In this document: positions 62,795 through 64,000 of the stretch, in pieces
Layout: the number at the start of each line of letters is the position of its first letter
How positions within the stretch are numbered: position 1 is the first letter of the stretch
DNA from: Amoebidium appalachense
Taxonomy: Eukaryota > Protista > Ichthyosporea
Assembly: GCA_963693365.1 (NCBI GenBank)
Contig: CAVNZM010000010.1
Coordinates: 6,201,794-6,265,793 of the forward strand
Reading direction: 5' to 3'
DNA: 64,000 bases
Position numbers and translations under genes: made by a program
Notes under the pieces: model-generated
What the model was told of the DNA's origin: nothing
Database searches by the model: none
What the model saw: the letters and a program-made list of their open reading frames with translations, nothing else

Positions 62795-63673
62795 ACGCAC
62801 ACACACACACACGCACACACACCTGAACCCTCTCCTGCGTCACCCCACCACACACACACCCCTTCTCTGGTCTCCTGACCGACACCCACACGCCCCACCC
62901 ACCCCATTCCCCTTCTTGCCCCCCCGCCCCTCTCCTTCCCTCGCACCCCCCTCGGTGGGCTCTAATCCGCATTCACTCACCACACACACATACACCTCTG
63001 CCGCTACCCTTCCCTCCCCATCGATCCAATGCCATCCATCCCTCCATCCCCCTACTGCACTACACTACACCCCATTCCACCCACTACACCATACTACACC
63101 CATCCTCCCTCCCCTCCCTCCCCCGCTTCCTCCAACACCTAATACACCACACTACACACATCCCCTCCCCTTCCCCCCCCCGTTGCCGCTCTCCCCTCCC
63201 TCCCCTCCGGCTGCCCCCCCCCCCCCCCCCCCTGCCCCCTCCCCGCCCTCCCCCCCCTCCCCCCCCCCCCCCCCCAACACACACACACATACACACACAA
63301 ACCTACTTTTTTTCTTCCCCATACGAACAGGGCACCTCAAGCTGTCGGACATGGGTCTTGCAGTTGACATCTCCATGACAAAGTCAACGGTCGGGTGTGT
63401 GGGGACCCCAGGCTACATGTGTAGGTGCACCCTTCCAATAATCGATGACCCTGCTCCACACTAGACCCTTTATTATAGTGTTTCTAGATCTGAATCCCCT
63501 AGGAGGTGTTGAAATTTGTTCACATTGAAAAAGTGATTCCACTTACCTTTTCTTCTTCTTATTCTTTTTTTTTTTTTTGGCCAGCACCGCAGGTGGTGAG
63601 TCTGGTCAACTACGACTACTCGGCTGACTGGTGGAGCTTTGGCTGTGTGCTGTATCAGCTGGCCACTGGAAGG
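56450..63673 (+). CDS. GRK: G protein-coupled receptor kinase-like protein (RGS-homology domain plus AGC kinase); 12 exons visible, continues beyond the window
   Basis: Exons 56450-56597, 56830-56916, 57445-57548, 58396-58476, 58949-59050, 59378-59470, 59975-60180, 60886-60985, 61601-61692, 62065-62102, 63331-63420, 63585-63673. RH domain: LSFPKIYGQPLGRELLRRYC...FYRAFIQWKWIE. Kinase: LGKGSFGEV, FAVKQFDK, LKYAFKTKTHLCLVLDLMTGG, YAAEIACGL, YRDLKPENIL, LSDMGLA, VGTPGYM, YSADWWSFGC. Confidence 0.92.
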
Positions 63674-64000
63674 GTATTATGTCCTCTTTCAACAAACTAC
63701 GGCAGGGTAGAAATTCATAATGATGGGTACCTAGTGAAAGTGCTTATGTTGTATTTTAGGTGGCGGAGGTGATGGCAGGGAGGAGGGGAAAGGGGGTGGG
63801 GGCGGGGGGAGGATGGAGGCAGTGGGTGGGTGGGTGAGGGGGGCGAGAGTAGGTGGGGTGGGAGGCGCTGGTTGGGGGGAGGGGGAGGGGGGAAGGGGGA
63901 ATGTGGGAGGCACAGCAATAAGTGAATCTCCATGTACATGGATAGTGGAAGTGCGTGAGTGGGTGAAAAGGGGAGTGGCAATGCACAGGTCTGTGCAAAT

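Overview
Eukaryotic, intron-rich genomic DNA with GT-AG introns and CTAAC branch points. Almost every intron is filled with poly(C)/poly(G) runs and (CA)n/(TG)n tracts, so most ORFs in the supplied track are low-complexity artefacts. The gene set suggests a unicellular opisthokont or holozoan such as an ichthyosporean (inference). Manual splicing gives six genes: the 3' end of a membrane-protein gene (+, 202-1777); a 9-exon 2-aminoethylphosphonate transaminase of the PhnW family (+, 4561-11544); a 7-exon membrane protein with two TP53I11-like repeats (+, 13326-18136); a 22-exon extended-synaptotagmin/tricalbin, TM-SMP-4xC2 (+, 19854-38285); a divergent CENP-K (-, about 46230-40193); and the 5' part of a GRK-type RH+kinase gene (+, 56450 to beyond the window). 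Between CENP-K and GRK lies a 9 kb nest of transposon relics: two related LINE fragments, a foldback MITE, a 184-bp direct repeat, and a 5 kb TTAA-flanked element with perfect 19-bp TIRs and a possible Kyakuja/HMGXB3-like transposase relic. The most unusual signal is a dispersed family of about 10 non-coding elements. They are oriented with poly(C), end in GCATTCAA-poly(C), are mostly 5'-truncated, and in the longest copies keep a pseudoknotted multi-stem fold with compensatory changes. This looks like a candidate mobile structured RNA. All homology calls are from recall of family motifs; no database search was run.
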